From assembly GCA_035631615.1 (NCBI GenBank), contig DASQIK010000023.1, positions 2,898 through 66,897 of the forward strand: a stretch of 64,000 bases of DNA, read 5' to 3'. Made by a program: the position numbers and the translations under genes. The DNA is from Candidatus Dormiibacterota bacterium (GTDB lineage: Bacteria > Chloroflexota > Limnocylindria > Limnocylindrales > CSP1-4). The notes under the pieces are model-generated. The model had not been told where the DNA came from. It worked only from the letters and a program-made list of their open reading frames with translations, and ran no database searches. Positions 28,401 through 37,405 of the stretch are shown here, one piece after another. Every line of letters begins with the position of its first letter. The stretch's first letter is position 1.

Positions 28401-29998
28401 GCGACGTCCTCGCGATCGTCGGCGACGACCCAGCCGTCCTCGAGCTCGACCCTCCGGTCCGTGGCATCGCGTACGAATCGCTCGTCGTGGGTCGCGGCCA
28501 GCATCGCGCTCCCCTGCCCGACCAGCTCGTCGAGCGCGGCGACAAGGGCCTCGTGGCCGCGCCGATCCTGGCCGTACGTCGGCTCGTCGAGCGCCAGCAG
28601 CAGCGGTCGGCGCGCGAGCCCCGTCACGAGCGAGAGCCGCCGCTGCTCGCCGCCGGAGAGCCGGTACGGGCTCGCGTCGCCGAATCGCTCGAGCGGCAGG
28701 CGGAGGCGGTCGCACAGCTCGTGCGCGTATCGAACCTGGTCGGCGTCGAGCCCGAGCTCGACCTCCTGGCGCACGGAATCGGCCAGGAACCCGAGCTCCG
28801 GATCCTGCACGACGTAGCCCGCCTGGCGCGTGAGCTCGAGGCTGGTCAGCCGCGACGGCGCGCGGCCGCCGAGGCGAATCTCGCCCGCGATCGGCTTCAG
28901 CAGCCCGAGCGCGAGGCGCAGCAGCGTCGTCTTGCCGCTCCCGTTCGGGCCGACGAGGGCAATGCGGTCGCCGGCGACGACCTGCAGATCGACCGAGCGC
29001 AGCACCGGCGTGCCCGGCTCGAACCCGAATCGGACGCCCTCGAGCTCGAGGATGGGAAACGTGCCAAGCGCGCCGGCAGGGTGCCGGACCGACCCGGCGG
29101 CGCCCACCGCCGGACCCGGCCCGCCTTCCGGCAGCCAGATGCCGGCGGCCTCGAGCCGCTTCCCGGACCTGCGGAGCACGTCCGCCGGAGCCCCGACGGC
29201 GATCGGGCGGCCGTCGTCGTCGAGCGCGAGAACGAGATCGGCGATCGGCCACGCAAGCGTGGCTCGATGCTCCACCAGGACGATCGTCGCCTCGCCCCGC
29301 GACTGCAGCTCGGTGAGGATCGCGAAGACCGCGGCCGCGCCGTACGGGTCGAGGCTCGCCGTCGGCTCGTCCAGGACGAGCAGCCCGGGCCTCGTCGCAA
29401 GGACGCCGGCGATCGCGACGCGTTGCTGCTCCCCGCCCGACAGGCGGGTCGAGCGGCGGCCCTCGAACCCCGTGAGCCCGACGGCTGCGAGCGCATCGGG
29501 TACGCGCGCTCGCATGGTCGCCATCGGCCAGGCGAGGTTCTCGAGCCCGAACGCGACGTCGTCCCCGACCCGCTCCATGACCAGCTGGCTGGCAGGGTCC
29601 TGGAGCACGATCCCGGCGCCGAGCCGGGCCGCCGTGATCGGGGCGGCGTCGATGCGCGAGCCGGCGTCAACGGCCCTGGACGCATCGTCACCGTCGAATC
29701 CTGCGAAGTCGGCACGTGCGACCTCCGTGTCGGACACGCGCAGCGAGCCCTCCCACGTCCCGGCGAACTGGCTCGGCAGGAGGCCGGCAAGGCCCCGCGC
29801 GATCGTGCTCTTGCCGGATCCGGACGGGCCGACGACGAGCAGCAGCTGCCCGGGCTCGACGGACAGCTCCAGATCCCGGAACGCCGGCCGCTCGGCGCCC
29901 GCGTACGTGAATCCCGCGCCCGAGGCGCGAATCGACGCCGGATGCGACCCCTTGGGGCCGGGGCGCGCTGACGCTCCGTCTGCGGTCGGGCCGCTCAG
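28397..29998 (-). CDS. ykoD: fused tandem ECF/ABC ATPase (two ATP-binding cassettes), YkoD-like
   Basis: Two Walker A motifs (GPSGSGKST, GPNGSGKTT), two signature motifs (LSGGEQQR, LSGGEQRR) and two Walker B motifs. The start is uncertain: there is no in-frame ATG/GTG/TTG near the expected N-terminus. A CTG at 29998 overlaps the S-component stop (CTGA); an ATT at 29932 is an alternative. Confidence 0.8.
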   Translation of the reverse strand: MSGPTADGASARPGPKGSHPASIRASGAGFTYAGAERPAFRDLELSVEPGQLLLVVGPSGSGKSTIARGLAGLLPSQFAGTWEGSLRVSDTEVARADFAGFDGDDASRAVDAGSRIDAAPITAARLGAGIVLQDPASQLVMERVGDDVAFGLENLAWPMATMRARVPDALAAVGLTGFEGRRSTRLSGGEQQRVAIAGVLATRPGLLVLDEPTASLDPYGAAAVFAILTELQSRGEATIVLVEHRATLAWPIADLVLALDDDGRPIAVGAPADVLRRSGKRLEAAGIWLPEGGPGPAVGAAGSVRHPAGALGTFPILELEGVRFGFEPGTPVLRSVDLQVVAGDRIALVGPNGSGKTTLLRLALGLLKPIAGEIRLGGRAPSRLTSLELTRQAGYVVQDPELGFLADSVRQEVELGLDADQVRYAHELCDRLRLPLERFGDASPYRLSGGEQRRLSLVTGLARRPLLLALDEPTYGQDRRGHEALVAALDELVGQGSAMLAATHDERFVRDATDRRVELEDGWVVADDREDVA

Positions 29999-30597
29999 GC
30001 CGCTCGACTCCCGAAGCCGTCGAGGACGCCGGTCCTTCGAAGCGATCGCTCGAGCAGGTACGAGCCGCCCGCGACGATGAGCAGCGCCGAGACGGCCATC
30101 GCGACCGCCCGAATGAGCTGGAGGGTCATGTCGGCGTCGGCGTAGTAGAGGACCCAGTCGTGGATCCAGGCGGCGGCGGCGCTCGCAACCGCGGCGATCC
30201 CGAGCACCGGCAGCGACCAGTTGCGGTACAGCGTCATGGCGAAGATGAGCTCGGCCGCGGCGCCCTGGACGAACCCGGAGAGCAGGACGTCCGGGCCCCA
30301 CGGGCTGCCGAAGATCGTCGACACGCCGGCGGCGACCATCTCGGCGAAGACGGCCGCACCCGGCTTCCGGACGATGACCGGCGCGAGCACGGCGGGAACG
30401 AGCCAGACGCCATAGATGAGGAACGCCTGCAGCGGTGGGATGGCGCCCGGCGCGATGACGGTCCAGATGAAGTTCCAGTAGGCGAACACGACACCGAACA
30501 CGACCCCGATCACGGCGGTGACGAGGATGTCGCGGGTTCGCCAAGCCTCGGCGCGCACCGGGGTGCCGGCCGGGCGGGCTCGATCGAGGGTGGTCAT
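29995..30597 (-). CDS. ykoE: ECF transporter substrate-specific (S) component, YkoE-like (HMP/thiamine precursor)
   Basis: Internal Met start (MTTLDRARPAG...). About 200 aa with 6 hydrophobic helices. It lies directly downstream of a TPP riboswitch and upstream of the fused ATPase and T component. Confidence 0.8.
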   Translation of the reverse strand: MTTLDRARPAGTPVRAEAWRTRDILVTAVIGVVFGVVFAYWNFIWTVIAPGAIPPLQAFLIYGVWLVPAVLAPVIVRKPGAAVFAEMVAAGVSTIFGSPWGPDVLLSGFVQGAAAELIFAMTLYRNWSLPVLGIAAVASAAAAWIHDWVLYYADADMTLQLIRAVAMAVSALLIVAGGSYLLERSLRRTGVLDGFGSRAA

Positions 30598-30666
30598 GCT
30601 GTGTGCCTCTCCCCTGATGCAACGGACGCCGCGCTCCGAACGGAGAACGGCGTGCATCGAGGCTTG

Positions 30667-30758
30667 GGCCTGCTTCCTTCGCCGGTATGAGCCGGATCAG
30701 GTTCGGCGGGTCTGTGGTCTGGCCACACTCTCAGCGCGGACTGCGCTCCCCGGAGGCG
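30667..30758 (-). promoter_or_regulatory. TPP (THI-box) riboswitch aptamer
   Basis: Minus-strand RNA reads GCCUCCGGGGAGCGCAGUCCGCGCUGAGAGUGUGGCCAGACCACAGACCCGCCGAACCUGAUCCGGCUCAUACCGGCGAAGGAAGCAGGC. It contains the conserved GGGGAGC, CUGAGA, ACCC, GAACCUGAUCCGG and ACCGGCGAAGGAA elements. Confidence 0.85.
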
Positions 30759-30766
30759 ATCTTCAG

Positions 30767-31630
30767 TTAGCGGGATGGTACCGCAGCCGCCGCTTGCAGC
30801 CGGCTGGCCTTCTCGCGGACCCAGCCGATGATGTCGGCGACGACCTGCGGCCCCTCGGGCTCGTTGTGGCTCTCGTGCCGCAGGTCCGGGTAGACGCGGC
30901 GGGTGACGCCCGGCCGGCCGTCGAGCAAGCGGCTCGAATCGGTGGGGACCAGGCGGTCCGCGCCACCATGGACCACGAGCGTCTGGATCGACAGCCGATC
31001 GAGCGCGGCCGCGACGCGCCGCTGCTCCGCGAAGGCGGCGTGCGCGAAGCGAACCGTCGTCTTGTGCTGGTTGAGCGGATCCGCGAAATACCTGGCGGAG
31101 ACCGCGGGATCTCGCGCCAGGACCTCGCCCTTCAGCCGGTTCGAGAGCTGCATCCCCGGTGCCATGTGCCGCAGCGAGCTCACGAGGGCGCGCTGCCACA
31201 CCGGGACCGTCGCGCCGATCGCGGGCGCCGACACCACGAGCAGGTCCGGCAGGGCGCGCCCGTCGAGCACGTAGCCGAGCGCGATCAGCCCGCCCAGCGA
31301 GTGCCCGTACAGCACCAGCGGACGCTTCGGCGCGATCGAGCGGACGGCGACGAGGCGCTCCTCGAGATCGTCGTGGAGCTGCGACCAGCGCTCCACCGAG
31401 GCCCGCGGCCCGCCGGACGCCCCGAACCCGCGCAGGTCGAACGCGTACGCGTCGATGCCCGCCCCCGCCAGCTGCGCGCCGACGTGCTCATAGCGGCCGG
31501 AGTGTTCGGCGAGGCCGTGCACGAGCAGCATCGAGGCCCACGGCTCGCCCGACGTCACCGGCCAGTGGCGGATCCGGAGCGCCGTGCCGTCGCGCGCTCC
31601 GACCTCATCGACCTGCGACACCGCGGTCAT
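30767..31630 (-). CDS. alpha/beta hydrolase (lysophospholipase / monoacylglycerol lipase-like)
   Basis: HGLAEHSGRY, nucleophile elbow GHSLGG, C-terminal DLRHE. Confidence 0.85.
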   Translation of the reverse strand: MTAVSQVDEVGARDGTALRIRHWPVTSGEPWASMLLVHGLAEHSGRYEHVGAQLAGAGIDAYAFDLRGFGASGGPRASVERWSQLHDDLEERLVAVRSIAPKRPLVLYGHSLGGLIALGYVLDGRALPDLLVVSAPAIGATVPVWQRALVSSLRHMAPGMQLSNRLKGEVLARDPAVSARYFADPLNQHKTTVRFAHAAFAEQRRVAAALDRLSIQTLVVHGGADRLVPTDSSRLLDGRPGVTRRVYPDLRHESHNEPEGPQVVADIIGWVREKASRLQAAAAVPSR

Positions 31631-31659
31631 CGCCCGGAGCCTACGCCTACCATCGGCCG

Positions 31660-32463
31660 ATGCACTGGCAGGAGGTCGGCGATCGCGTCTTCACGCGCCA
31701 CTTCGACTTCCTCGACCAGCAGATCGGGGTCGTGCTCGGCGGTGACGAGGTCCTCGTCGTCGACACCCGAGCGACACCCGCTCACGCTCGCGAGATCGCG
31801 AACGACCTCCTCGAGCTGACCCGCAACCCGATCTCGATCGTCGTCGACACGCACTGGCACTGGGACCACGCGTTCGGCAACAACGCGTTCCGGCCGGCGC
31901 CGATCTGGGGCCACGTGCGAACCGCGGAGCGGCTGCGCAGCGAGGGTGACGCCCGCCGAATGGAGCTCATCCAGTACCTCCCGGACCTCACCGACGATCT
32001 GCGGGCCCTGGTGATCGACCCGCCGGACCACACCTTCACGGACCGCGCGACGATCGAGGTCGGCGGGCGGACGGTGGAGCTCGCGTTCCACGGCCGCGCC
32101 CACACGGATGCGGACATCTCCGTGTCCGTCCCGGACGCCGCCGTCCTGTTCGCCGGTGACCTCATCGAGAACGGCGCACCGCCGAGCTTCGGTGACGGCT
32201 ACCCGATGTCCTGGCCGGCCGCGGTCGAGCAGCTGCTGCCACTCGCGACGGGCGCGGTGATACCTGGCCACGGCGCCGTCGGCGACCGGGCCTTCGTCGA
32301 ATCACAGCTCGCCGCGTTCCGCGGCCTGGCCGACCTGGCGCGCGAGGTCCGGGACGGGAGCCTCGACATGGAGGCTGCCCTCGCTGGTTCCCCGTTCGGT
32401 CCGCAGACGCCGCGGGACGCCTTCGATCGCGCGCTGGCCGAGCTCAGGGGCGAGCTGGCCTAG
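31660..32463 (+). CDS. MBL-fold metallo-hydrolase
   Basis: Internal Met start (MHWQEVGDRVF). HxHxDH motif THWHWDH, plus downstream H/D ligands (HGRAHTDAD, PGHG). Confidence 0.85.
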   Translation: MHWQEVGDRVFTRHFDFLDQQIGVVLGGDEVLVVDTRATPAHAREIANDLLELTRNPISIVVDTHWHWDHAFGNNAFRPAPIWGHVRTAERLRSEGDARRMELIQYLPDLTDDLRALVIDPPDHTFTDRATIEVGGRTVELAFHGRAHTDADISVSVPDAAVLFAGDLIENGAPPSFGDGYPMSWPAAVEQLLPLATGAVIPGHGAVGDRAFVESQLAAFRGLADLAREVRDGSLDMEAALAGSPFGPQTPRDAFDRALAELRGELA

Positions 32464-32473
32464 CCGGACGCGC

Positions 32474-33571
32474 CTACGCGGCTGCCGTCGCGGTTGACCA
32501 CGCCAGCGAGTCGCCCGTTGCCCGATCGAACAGGTGGAGCTTCTCCAGCGGCAGCTTGAGGTCGACGATGTCGCCCGGCTTGACCCGGTGCTCCGAGCTC
32601 ACGACCGCCACGACGTCGGCGTCGTGCCCGCCAACCGACACGTGGAGCAACTCCTCGTCGCCGAGGAACTCGACGACGTTCGCCTTGGCGCGGATGGTGG
32701 CCGAGTTCGGGACCTCGCCGAGGTCCAGGTGCTCGGGCCGGAAGCCGGCCACGAGGTCCTTCGCGCCGGTGAGCCCGGATCGGTACCGGGTCGGGACCGG
32801 GAACGACATGCCGTCGCCGGACACGTTCGTGCCGTCAGCCGTCACGTTCACGAAGTTCATCGACGGGCTGCCGATGAAGCCCGCGACGAACAGCTTGGTC
32901 GGCTTGTCGTACAGGTCCTGCGGGGTGCCGACCTGCTGCAGCTCGCCCTTGTCCATCACCGCGATGCGCGTGCCCATCGTCATCGCCTCGACCTGATCGT
33001 GGGTGACGTACACGGTCGTGGTGCGCAGGCGCTGGTGGAGGAGCGCGATCTCGGCGCGGGTCTGGACGCGCAGCTTGGCGTCGAGGTTGGACAGCGGCTC
33101 GTCCATGAGGAACACCGCAGGCTCGCGCACGATTGCCCGGCCGAGCGCCACGCGCTGGCGCTGGCCGCCGGACAGCTCGCGCGGCTTCTTCTGCAGGTTC
33201 TCGAGGTTGAGGATCCGGGCGGCTTCCTTGACCCGCTCGTCGATCTGGGCCTTGGGCACCTTGCGGAGCTTGAGCCCGAAGGCCATGTTGTCGTAGATCG
33301 ACATGTGCGGGTACAGCGCGTAGCTCTGGAAGACCATCGCGATGTCGCGATCCTTCGGGGCGACGTCGTTGACGACGCGGTCGCCGATCTTGAGCGCGCC
33401 CTCGGTGACCTCCTCGAGGCCGGCGATCATGCGCAGGCTGGTCGTCTTGCCGCAGCCGGATGGGCCGACGAGGACCATGAACTCCCCGTCACCGATCTCG
33501 AGGCTGAGGTCCTTGACCGCGGCGAACTCGCCGTAGCGCTTCCAGACGTGATCGAACGTCACGGTGGCCAT
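32474..33571 (-). CDS. orphan sugar-type ABC transporter ATP-binding protein (MalK/UgpC/MsiK-like)
   Basis: GPSGCGKTT, LSGGQRQR, FLMDEPLSNLD, and a C-terminal TOBE-like regulatory domain. No adjacent permease or binding-protein genes. Confidence 0.9.
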   Translation of the reverse strand: MATVTFDHVWKRYGEFAAVKDLSLEIGDGEFMVLVGPSGCGKTTSLRMIAGLEEVTEGALKIGDRVVNDVAPKDRDIAMVFQSYALYPHMSIYDNMAFGLKLRKVPKAQIDERVKEAARILNLENLQKKPRELSGGQRQRVALGRAIVREPAVFLMDEPLSNLDAKLRVQTRAEIALLHQRLRTTTVYVTHDQVEAMTMGTRIAVMDKGELQQVGTPQDLYDKPTKLFVAGFIGSPSMNFVNVTADGTNVSGDGMSFPVPTRYRSGLTGAKDLVAGFRPEHLDLGEVPNSATIRAKANVVEFLGDEELLHVSVGGHDADVVAVVSSEHRVKPGDIVDLKLPLEKLHLFDRATGDSLAWSTATAAA

Positions 33572-33690
33572 ACAGCAGCTCCCGCCCGGTGGTGGGGACA
33601 CCGCGGGCCCTTGCATCTCGACGCGACCGAATCGCGCCGTCGACGGGCCCCGTACGAGTCACCGAGATTCCGGGACGCCGCAATCGTAGC

Positions 33691-33721
33691 AATCCGCGGG
33701 CCCGGCGCGGCCCCGCGGATT
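33691..33721 (-). terminator. hairpin immediately downstream of mscL
   Basis: Perfect 10-bp stem aatccgcggg / cccgcggatt with an 11-nt loop, 6 nt after the mscL stop. The U-tract is weak. Confidence 0.45.
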
Positions 33722-33726
33722 CCGCC

Positions 33727-34146
33727 TCAGGCTCCGATGCTGCTCGCGCAGGCGCGGCACTTGGTCGCGTCGATCGCGTTCGACTCCTTGCAGTACGGGC
33801 AGGTCTTCGTCGGCGCGGCCGGCGCGGCCTCCTCTTCCTTGATGAACAGCTTCGAGATCCGCCAGACGACGAACGCGATGATCACGAAGGCGATGATCGC
33901 GTTGATGAACAGGCCCAGCCGAATGTCGACCTCGGGCACGGCCTTGCCGGTCGCGTCAACGGTGGCGTCCTTCAGCTTGATCACGAACGTCGAGAAGTCG
34001 ACCCCGCCAAGTAGGAGCCCGATCGGCGGCATGATGATGTCGTTCACGAGCGAGGTGACGACCGTGCCCAGCGCGGTGCCGATGATCACGCCGACAGCCA
34101 GCGCGAGGGCGTTGGTCTTGAGCAGAAAGCTCCGGAACTCTCCCAT
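33727..34146 (-). CDS. mscL: large-conductance mechanosensitive channel MscL with a C-terminal CxxC-x10-CxxC tail
   Basis: MGEFRSFLLKTNALALAVGVIIGTALGTVVTSLVNDIIMPPIG matches the MscL N-terminus and TM1. The tail is CPYCKESNAIDATKCRAC. Confidence 0.9.
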   Translation of the reverse strand: MGEFRSFLLKTNALALAVGVIIGTALGTVVTSLVNDIIMPPIGLLLGGVDFSTFVIKLKDATVDATGKAVPEVDIRLGLFINAIIAFVIIAFVVWRISKLFIKEEEAAPAAPTKTCPYCKESNAIDATKCRACASSIGA

Positions 34147-34228
34147 CACGGTGCGTCCCTCCGGTACCGGGCCTGGAAGCGCGAAGGTCGCGCGAGGCGG
34201 TGCCGCTGCATCGTAGACCCCGCGCACA

Positions 34229-35047
34229 TCAGCCGATGCTTCGAACATCGAGCACGCGGCCCCAGTGGAAGAAGCGGACTGCAAGCAGGACGCCGAGTGC
34301 CGCTACGACGAGGATCGCCGCCGCCGCGATCGACGCGTCGAGATCGCCGCCCTGGAACTCCGAGTACACGACGAGCGGCAGCGTCTGCGTCCGGCCGACG
34401 ACGTTACCGGCGAACATGATCGTCGCCCCGAACTCGCCGAGCGCCCGCGCCCAGGTCATCACCAGGCCGGCCGCGAGGGTCGGTCCGGCGAGCTGGGCGG
34501 TGACCGCCCAGAACAAGCGGCGCTCGCTGGCCCCGTCGACCCGCGCCGCGTCCTCCATGTCCCGGTCCACGCCCGCGATGCCCGCCTTCGCTGCCCGGAC
34601 GAAGAATGGTGCGGAGACGAACGTCTGTGCGATGACGACGGCGATCGTGGTGAAAGCGATATCGATGCCGCTCGCCGCCAGCGCCCCGCCAAGCAGTCCT
34701 CGCCGGCCGAGCACGAGGAGGAGCGCGAGCCCCGCCACCGCCGGGGGCAGCACGATCGGGAGGTCCACGAACGCCTCGAGCAGCCACTTGCCGCGAAACG
34801 CCCGCCTCGCAAGCACCACCGCGAGCGGCAGACCAAGGGCGATGGTGAGAACGAGGCTCAGCGCGGTCGTGAGCAGGCTGAGCCCGAGAGCGCCGATCAC
34901 CGCCGACGCCTCGCCGCCCGCGAACGCCGCGCCGCTGGCCACCGCCCGACCAACGAGGGTGAGGACCGGCAGCGCCAGGAACGCTGCAAACAGGATCGCG
35001 GGGACGAGGAGCGGCCCTCCGGTAGTTGCGCGGCCCAGGGGGGTCAC
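34229..35047 (-). CDS. modB: molybdate ABC transporter permease
   Basis: GTG start overlaps the modA stop (GTGA). EAA-type loop DAARVDGASERRLFWAVTAQLAGP; typical ModB/CysTW fold. Confidence 0.9.
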   Translation of the reverse strand: MTPLGRATTGGPLLVPAILFAAFLALPVLTLVGRAVASGAAFAGGEASAVIGALGLSLLTTALSLVLTIALGLPLAVVLARRAFRGKWLLEAFVDLPIVLPPAVAGLALLLVLGRRGLLGGALAASGIDIAFTTIAVVIAQTFVSAPFFVRAAKAGIAGVDRDMEDAARVDGASERRLFWAVTAQLAGPTLAAGLVMTWARALGEFGATIMFAGNVVGRTQTLPLVVYSEFQGGDLDASIAAAAILVVAALGVLLAVRFFHWGRVLDVRSIG

Positions 35048-35883
35048 GATCCGGGCGCCAGGAACCCGAAGGGCGCGAGGACCGCCTGGCCATCCGGACC
35101 GGCGAGCCACGACAGGAATGCCTGCGCCGCCGCCGCATTGGCGGAGGCCTTCACCACGACCCCGGCGTAGCTCGCGGGGACGTTCGCCGTCGCCGGGACG
35201 TCGATCGTCTTGACCTTGGTCGACGCCCTCGCGTCGGTCACGTAGACGATCGCCGCGTCACCCTGGCCGAGCTCGATCTTTGCCACGACAGCCTTGACGT
35301 TCTCCTCCATGGACACGACGTTCGCGTTGTAGGCGGCCACGAAGCCGGCCGGGTAGCCGGCCTCCCTGGCGAGGTTCGCGACGAGCATGGTCGCGTACTT
35401 CGTGATCGGCACCGTGGCGCCGGCGGCGATGACCTTGACGCCCATCCTGGCGAGGTCCTTTGGCGACGCGATCCCGGCCGGGTTGTCGGTGGGCACGATC
35501 ACGGTGAGCTTGTTGCCGGCAAACACGACCGGCGCGCCGTTCGCCAGACCGGCGGTGACAAGCTTCGCCGGGTTCGTGGTGTCAGCCGAGAGGAAGATGT
35601 CGGCGGGCGCGCCCTGCTCGATCTTGGTCTCGAGCGCGGGCGACGAGTCGGTCGAGATCACGAGCGTCACGCCCGGGTTCGCCGCTTGGTAGGCGGTCTT
35701 CGCGGCGGCCAGGCCGCCGCTGAGCGAGGCGGCACCGAGAATCGTCAGCTCGACCGGCGCTAGGGTGGCCGTCTCGGTGGGTGCGGGTGACGCGCTGGTC
35801 GGCGGCGTCGCGCCGGTACCGCTGTCGGTGCACGCCGCGACCACGAGCACCACGGCGAGGATCGACGCGAGGCCGGCCCTCAA
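35044..35883 (-). CDS. modA: molybdate ABC transporter substrate-binding lipoprotein
   Basis: TTG start overlaps the regulator stop (TTGA). Lipoprotein signal (M)RAGLASILAVVLVVAAC. ModA-like core (ISTDSSPALETKIEQGAPADIFLSAD). Confidence 0.85.
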   Translation of the reverse strand: MRAGLASILAVVLVVAACTDSGTGATPPTSASPAPTETATLAPVELTILGAASLSGGLAAAKTAYQAANPGVTLVISTDSSPALETKIEQGAPADIFLSADTTNPAKLVTAGLANGAPVVFAGNKLTVIVPTDNPAGIASPKDLARMGVKVIAAGATVPITKYATMLVANLAREAGYPAGFVAAYNANVVSMEENVKAVVAKIELGQGDAAIVYVTDARASTKVKTIDVPATANVPASYAGVVVKASANAAAAQAFLSWLAGPDGQAVLAPFGFLAPGS

Positions 35884-36329
35884 GCGCGGGGCTCCTTCTT
35901 CATCGCCTTCTCCACGATCACGTTGGTCGCCTTGACGACGCAGACCGCCTCGTCGCCGACCTGGAGCTGCAGCTCGTCGACCGCCTCGGCGGTCATGAGG
36001 CTGACCATCCGGTGCGGTCCCGCGATCACCTCCACCACCGCCGCGACGAGGTCCTTCTCGATGCGGGTGACGATCCCGGGGAAGCGGTTGCGTGCCGATC
36101 CGGACACGATCGACCGATCGACCGACTGGGCGCGCCGCTCGGCCAGGAGCCGGGTGATCTCGCCGATCGGCACCATGCGCTGGCCGCCGCTCGAGCGGAT
36201 CGTTCGGAGCCGCCCGTCGCCTTCCCAGCGGCGCAGCGTCTCGACCGAGATCTGCAGCATCTCGGCGGCCTGGCCCATCCGGATGGTCGATTCGGGGCGA
36301 GTCGCGGTCAGGGTCATAGCGAGAAACAA
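35880..36329 (-). CDS. MerR/excisionase-type HTH fused to a TOBE (Mop) molybdate-binding domain; putative molybdate-responsive regulator
   Basis: HTH MGQAAEMLQISVETLRRWEGDGRL. TOBE-like segment SARNRFPGIVTRIEKDLVAAVVEV...VGDEAVCVVKATNVIV. First gene of the modAB operon. Confidence 0.8.
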   Translation of the reverse strand: MFLAMTLTATRPESTIRMGQAAEMLQISVETLRRWEGDGRLRTIRSSGGQRMVPIGEITRLLAERRAQSVDRSIVSGSARNRFPGIVTRIEKDLVAAVVEVIAGPHRMVSLMTAEAVDELQLQVGDEAVCVVKATNVIVEKAMKKEPRA

Positions 36330-36469
36330 TCACCTCCAGAGCGTGGGAATCAGAGGGATTGTAGCCGAGAGTCCTCTAGATGCAGGTGGCCCTTCCGCAG
36401 GTCGGTCGCGGGGCTCCCGGCCGATCCTCGACCGCGGGAGGGTGCCGGGGTAAAATCCGCGGGCGCCGC

Positions 36470-36544
36470 TGGCGAGTGGCCAAACGGTAAGGCACCTGAC
36501 TCTGGATCAGGGGATTGAAGGTTCGAATCCTTCCTCGCCAGCCA
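36470..36544 (+). tRNA. tRNA-Gln (anticodon CUG), CCA encoded
   Basis: Cloverleaf folded by hand: acceptor TGGCGAG/CTCGCCA, D-arm GCC..GGC, anticodon stem CCTGA/TCAGG with loop CT-CTG-GA, T-arm GAAGG-TTCGAAT-CCTTC, discriminator G, then CCA. It closely parallels E. coli tRNA-Gln. Confidence 0.9.
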
Positions 36545-36782
36545 ACTCCCCGATCACAAATCCTGCCGTCTGGCGGTGTCGGGCGGCAGCTAGGGAGGTC
36601 GCGACCTCGGCCGCCTCCAGGTCCGGACGCACGCACACGCCGAGTTGGTCGATCACGAACCCGATCGCCACCCACACGAGCGCGCGCGCCGCCATCGCCA
36701 ACTCGCAGGCGACCTCACGGCGCTCGACAAGGGCCGTGTACCGCACGGGACATGCAGATCCCCTTCGCCGCCGATCGTCCGA

Positions 36783-37391
36783 TCAAAGGACCGTGAGGTC
36801 CTTGGTGACCGACTTGTGCGCCCCGCCTTTGGAGCAGCTCACGGTTACCGGCCAGCTCCCGGCGGCCGTGCGGCTGCCGACCTTCCACGTCCACGAGGCG
36901 ACGCCGGAGCTGCTCGCGTCTGTCGGCCCGAGGCCTGCGGCAGTCGACGGCCCTGACTTGTACTCGACGACGATGGTGCAGTAGGCGCCCGCACTGGTCT
37001 TGACCGCAGCGGTGGCGAGCGACCCAGGACTGATGGGCGAGGTCAGCGACGTGAACGCCAGCGCCAGGCTCGCCGGAGTTGGCTTCGGGGTCGGTTTCGG
37101 CGTCGGCACGGGTGTCGGCGCGACGGCAGGTTCGACAGTCGGTTCGGACAGCGGGGTCGAAGTCGCGCTGATCGCGAAAGGCGTTGGCTCTGCGGAGGAA
37201 GTTGTCGCAGCCTTGGTGGGCGCCGCGCTGCCGGGCGCGGCGGTCGGGGTCGCGAGGGCGGTCGCCGTGGTCTCGCTCCCGCGCGGCGAGAGGCCGCCGC
37301 CGATGGCGCCGAGCGTCACAAGCGCGGCGATGACGATGACGATCTTCTGGTTGCGGGACCCGGCTCGCCAGGCGTTCGCCAGCCAGTTCAT
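36783..37391 (-). CDS. membrane-anchored hypothetical protein with an Ala/Pro/Thr linker and a small beta-rich C-terminal domain
   Basis: Internal Met start (MNWLANAWRAGSRNQKIVIVIAALVTLGAIGG), then a PTP-rich linker and a roughly 90-aa C-terminal domain with 2 Cys. Confidence 0.5.
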   Translation of the reverse strand: MNWLANAWRAGSRNQKIVIVIAALVTLGAIGGGLSPRGSETTATALATPTAAPGSAAPTKAATTSSAEPTPFAISATSTPLSEPTVEPAVAPTPVPTPKPTPKPTPASLALAFTSLTSPISPGSLATAAVKTSAGAYCTIVVEYKSGPSTAAGLGPTDASSSGVASWTWKVGSRTAAGSWPVTVSCSKGGAHKSVTKDLTVL

Positions 37392-37405
37392 CCATCCTCC
37401 CCGCC

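Noticed and set aside
36330-36469. Possible Moco riboswitch upstream of the mod operon (also examined 40959..41167 upstream of the Mo-oxidoreductase)
   Set aside because: I could not recognise the conserved Moco-motif elements by eye. Only a TACAAT -10-like hexamer and short hairpins are present. A cmsearch would be needed to exclude it formally.
36507-36746. 79-aa minus-strand ORF next to and overlapping the tRNA-Gln gene
   Set aside because: Its 3' end overlaps the tRNA gene, and it has no motif. It is most likely spurious.
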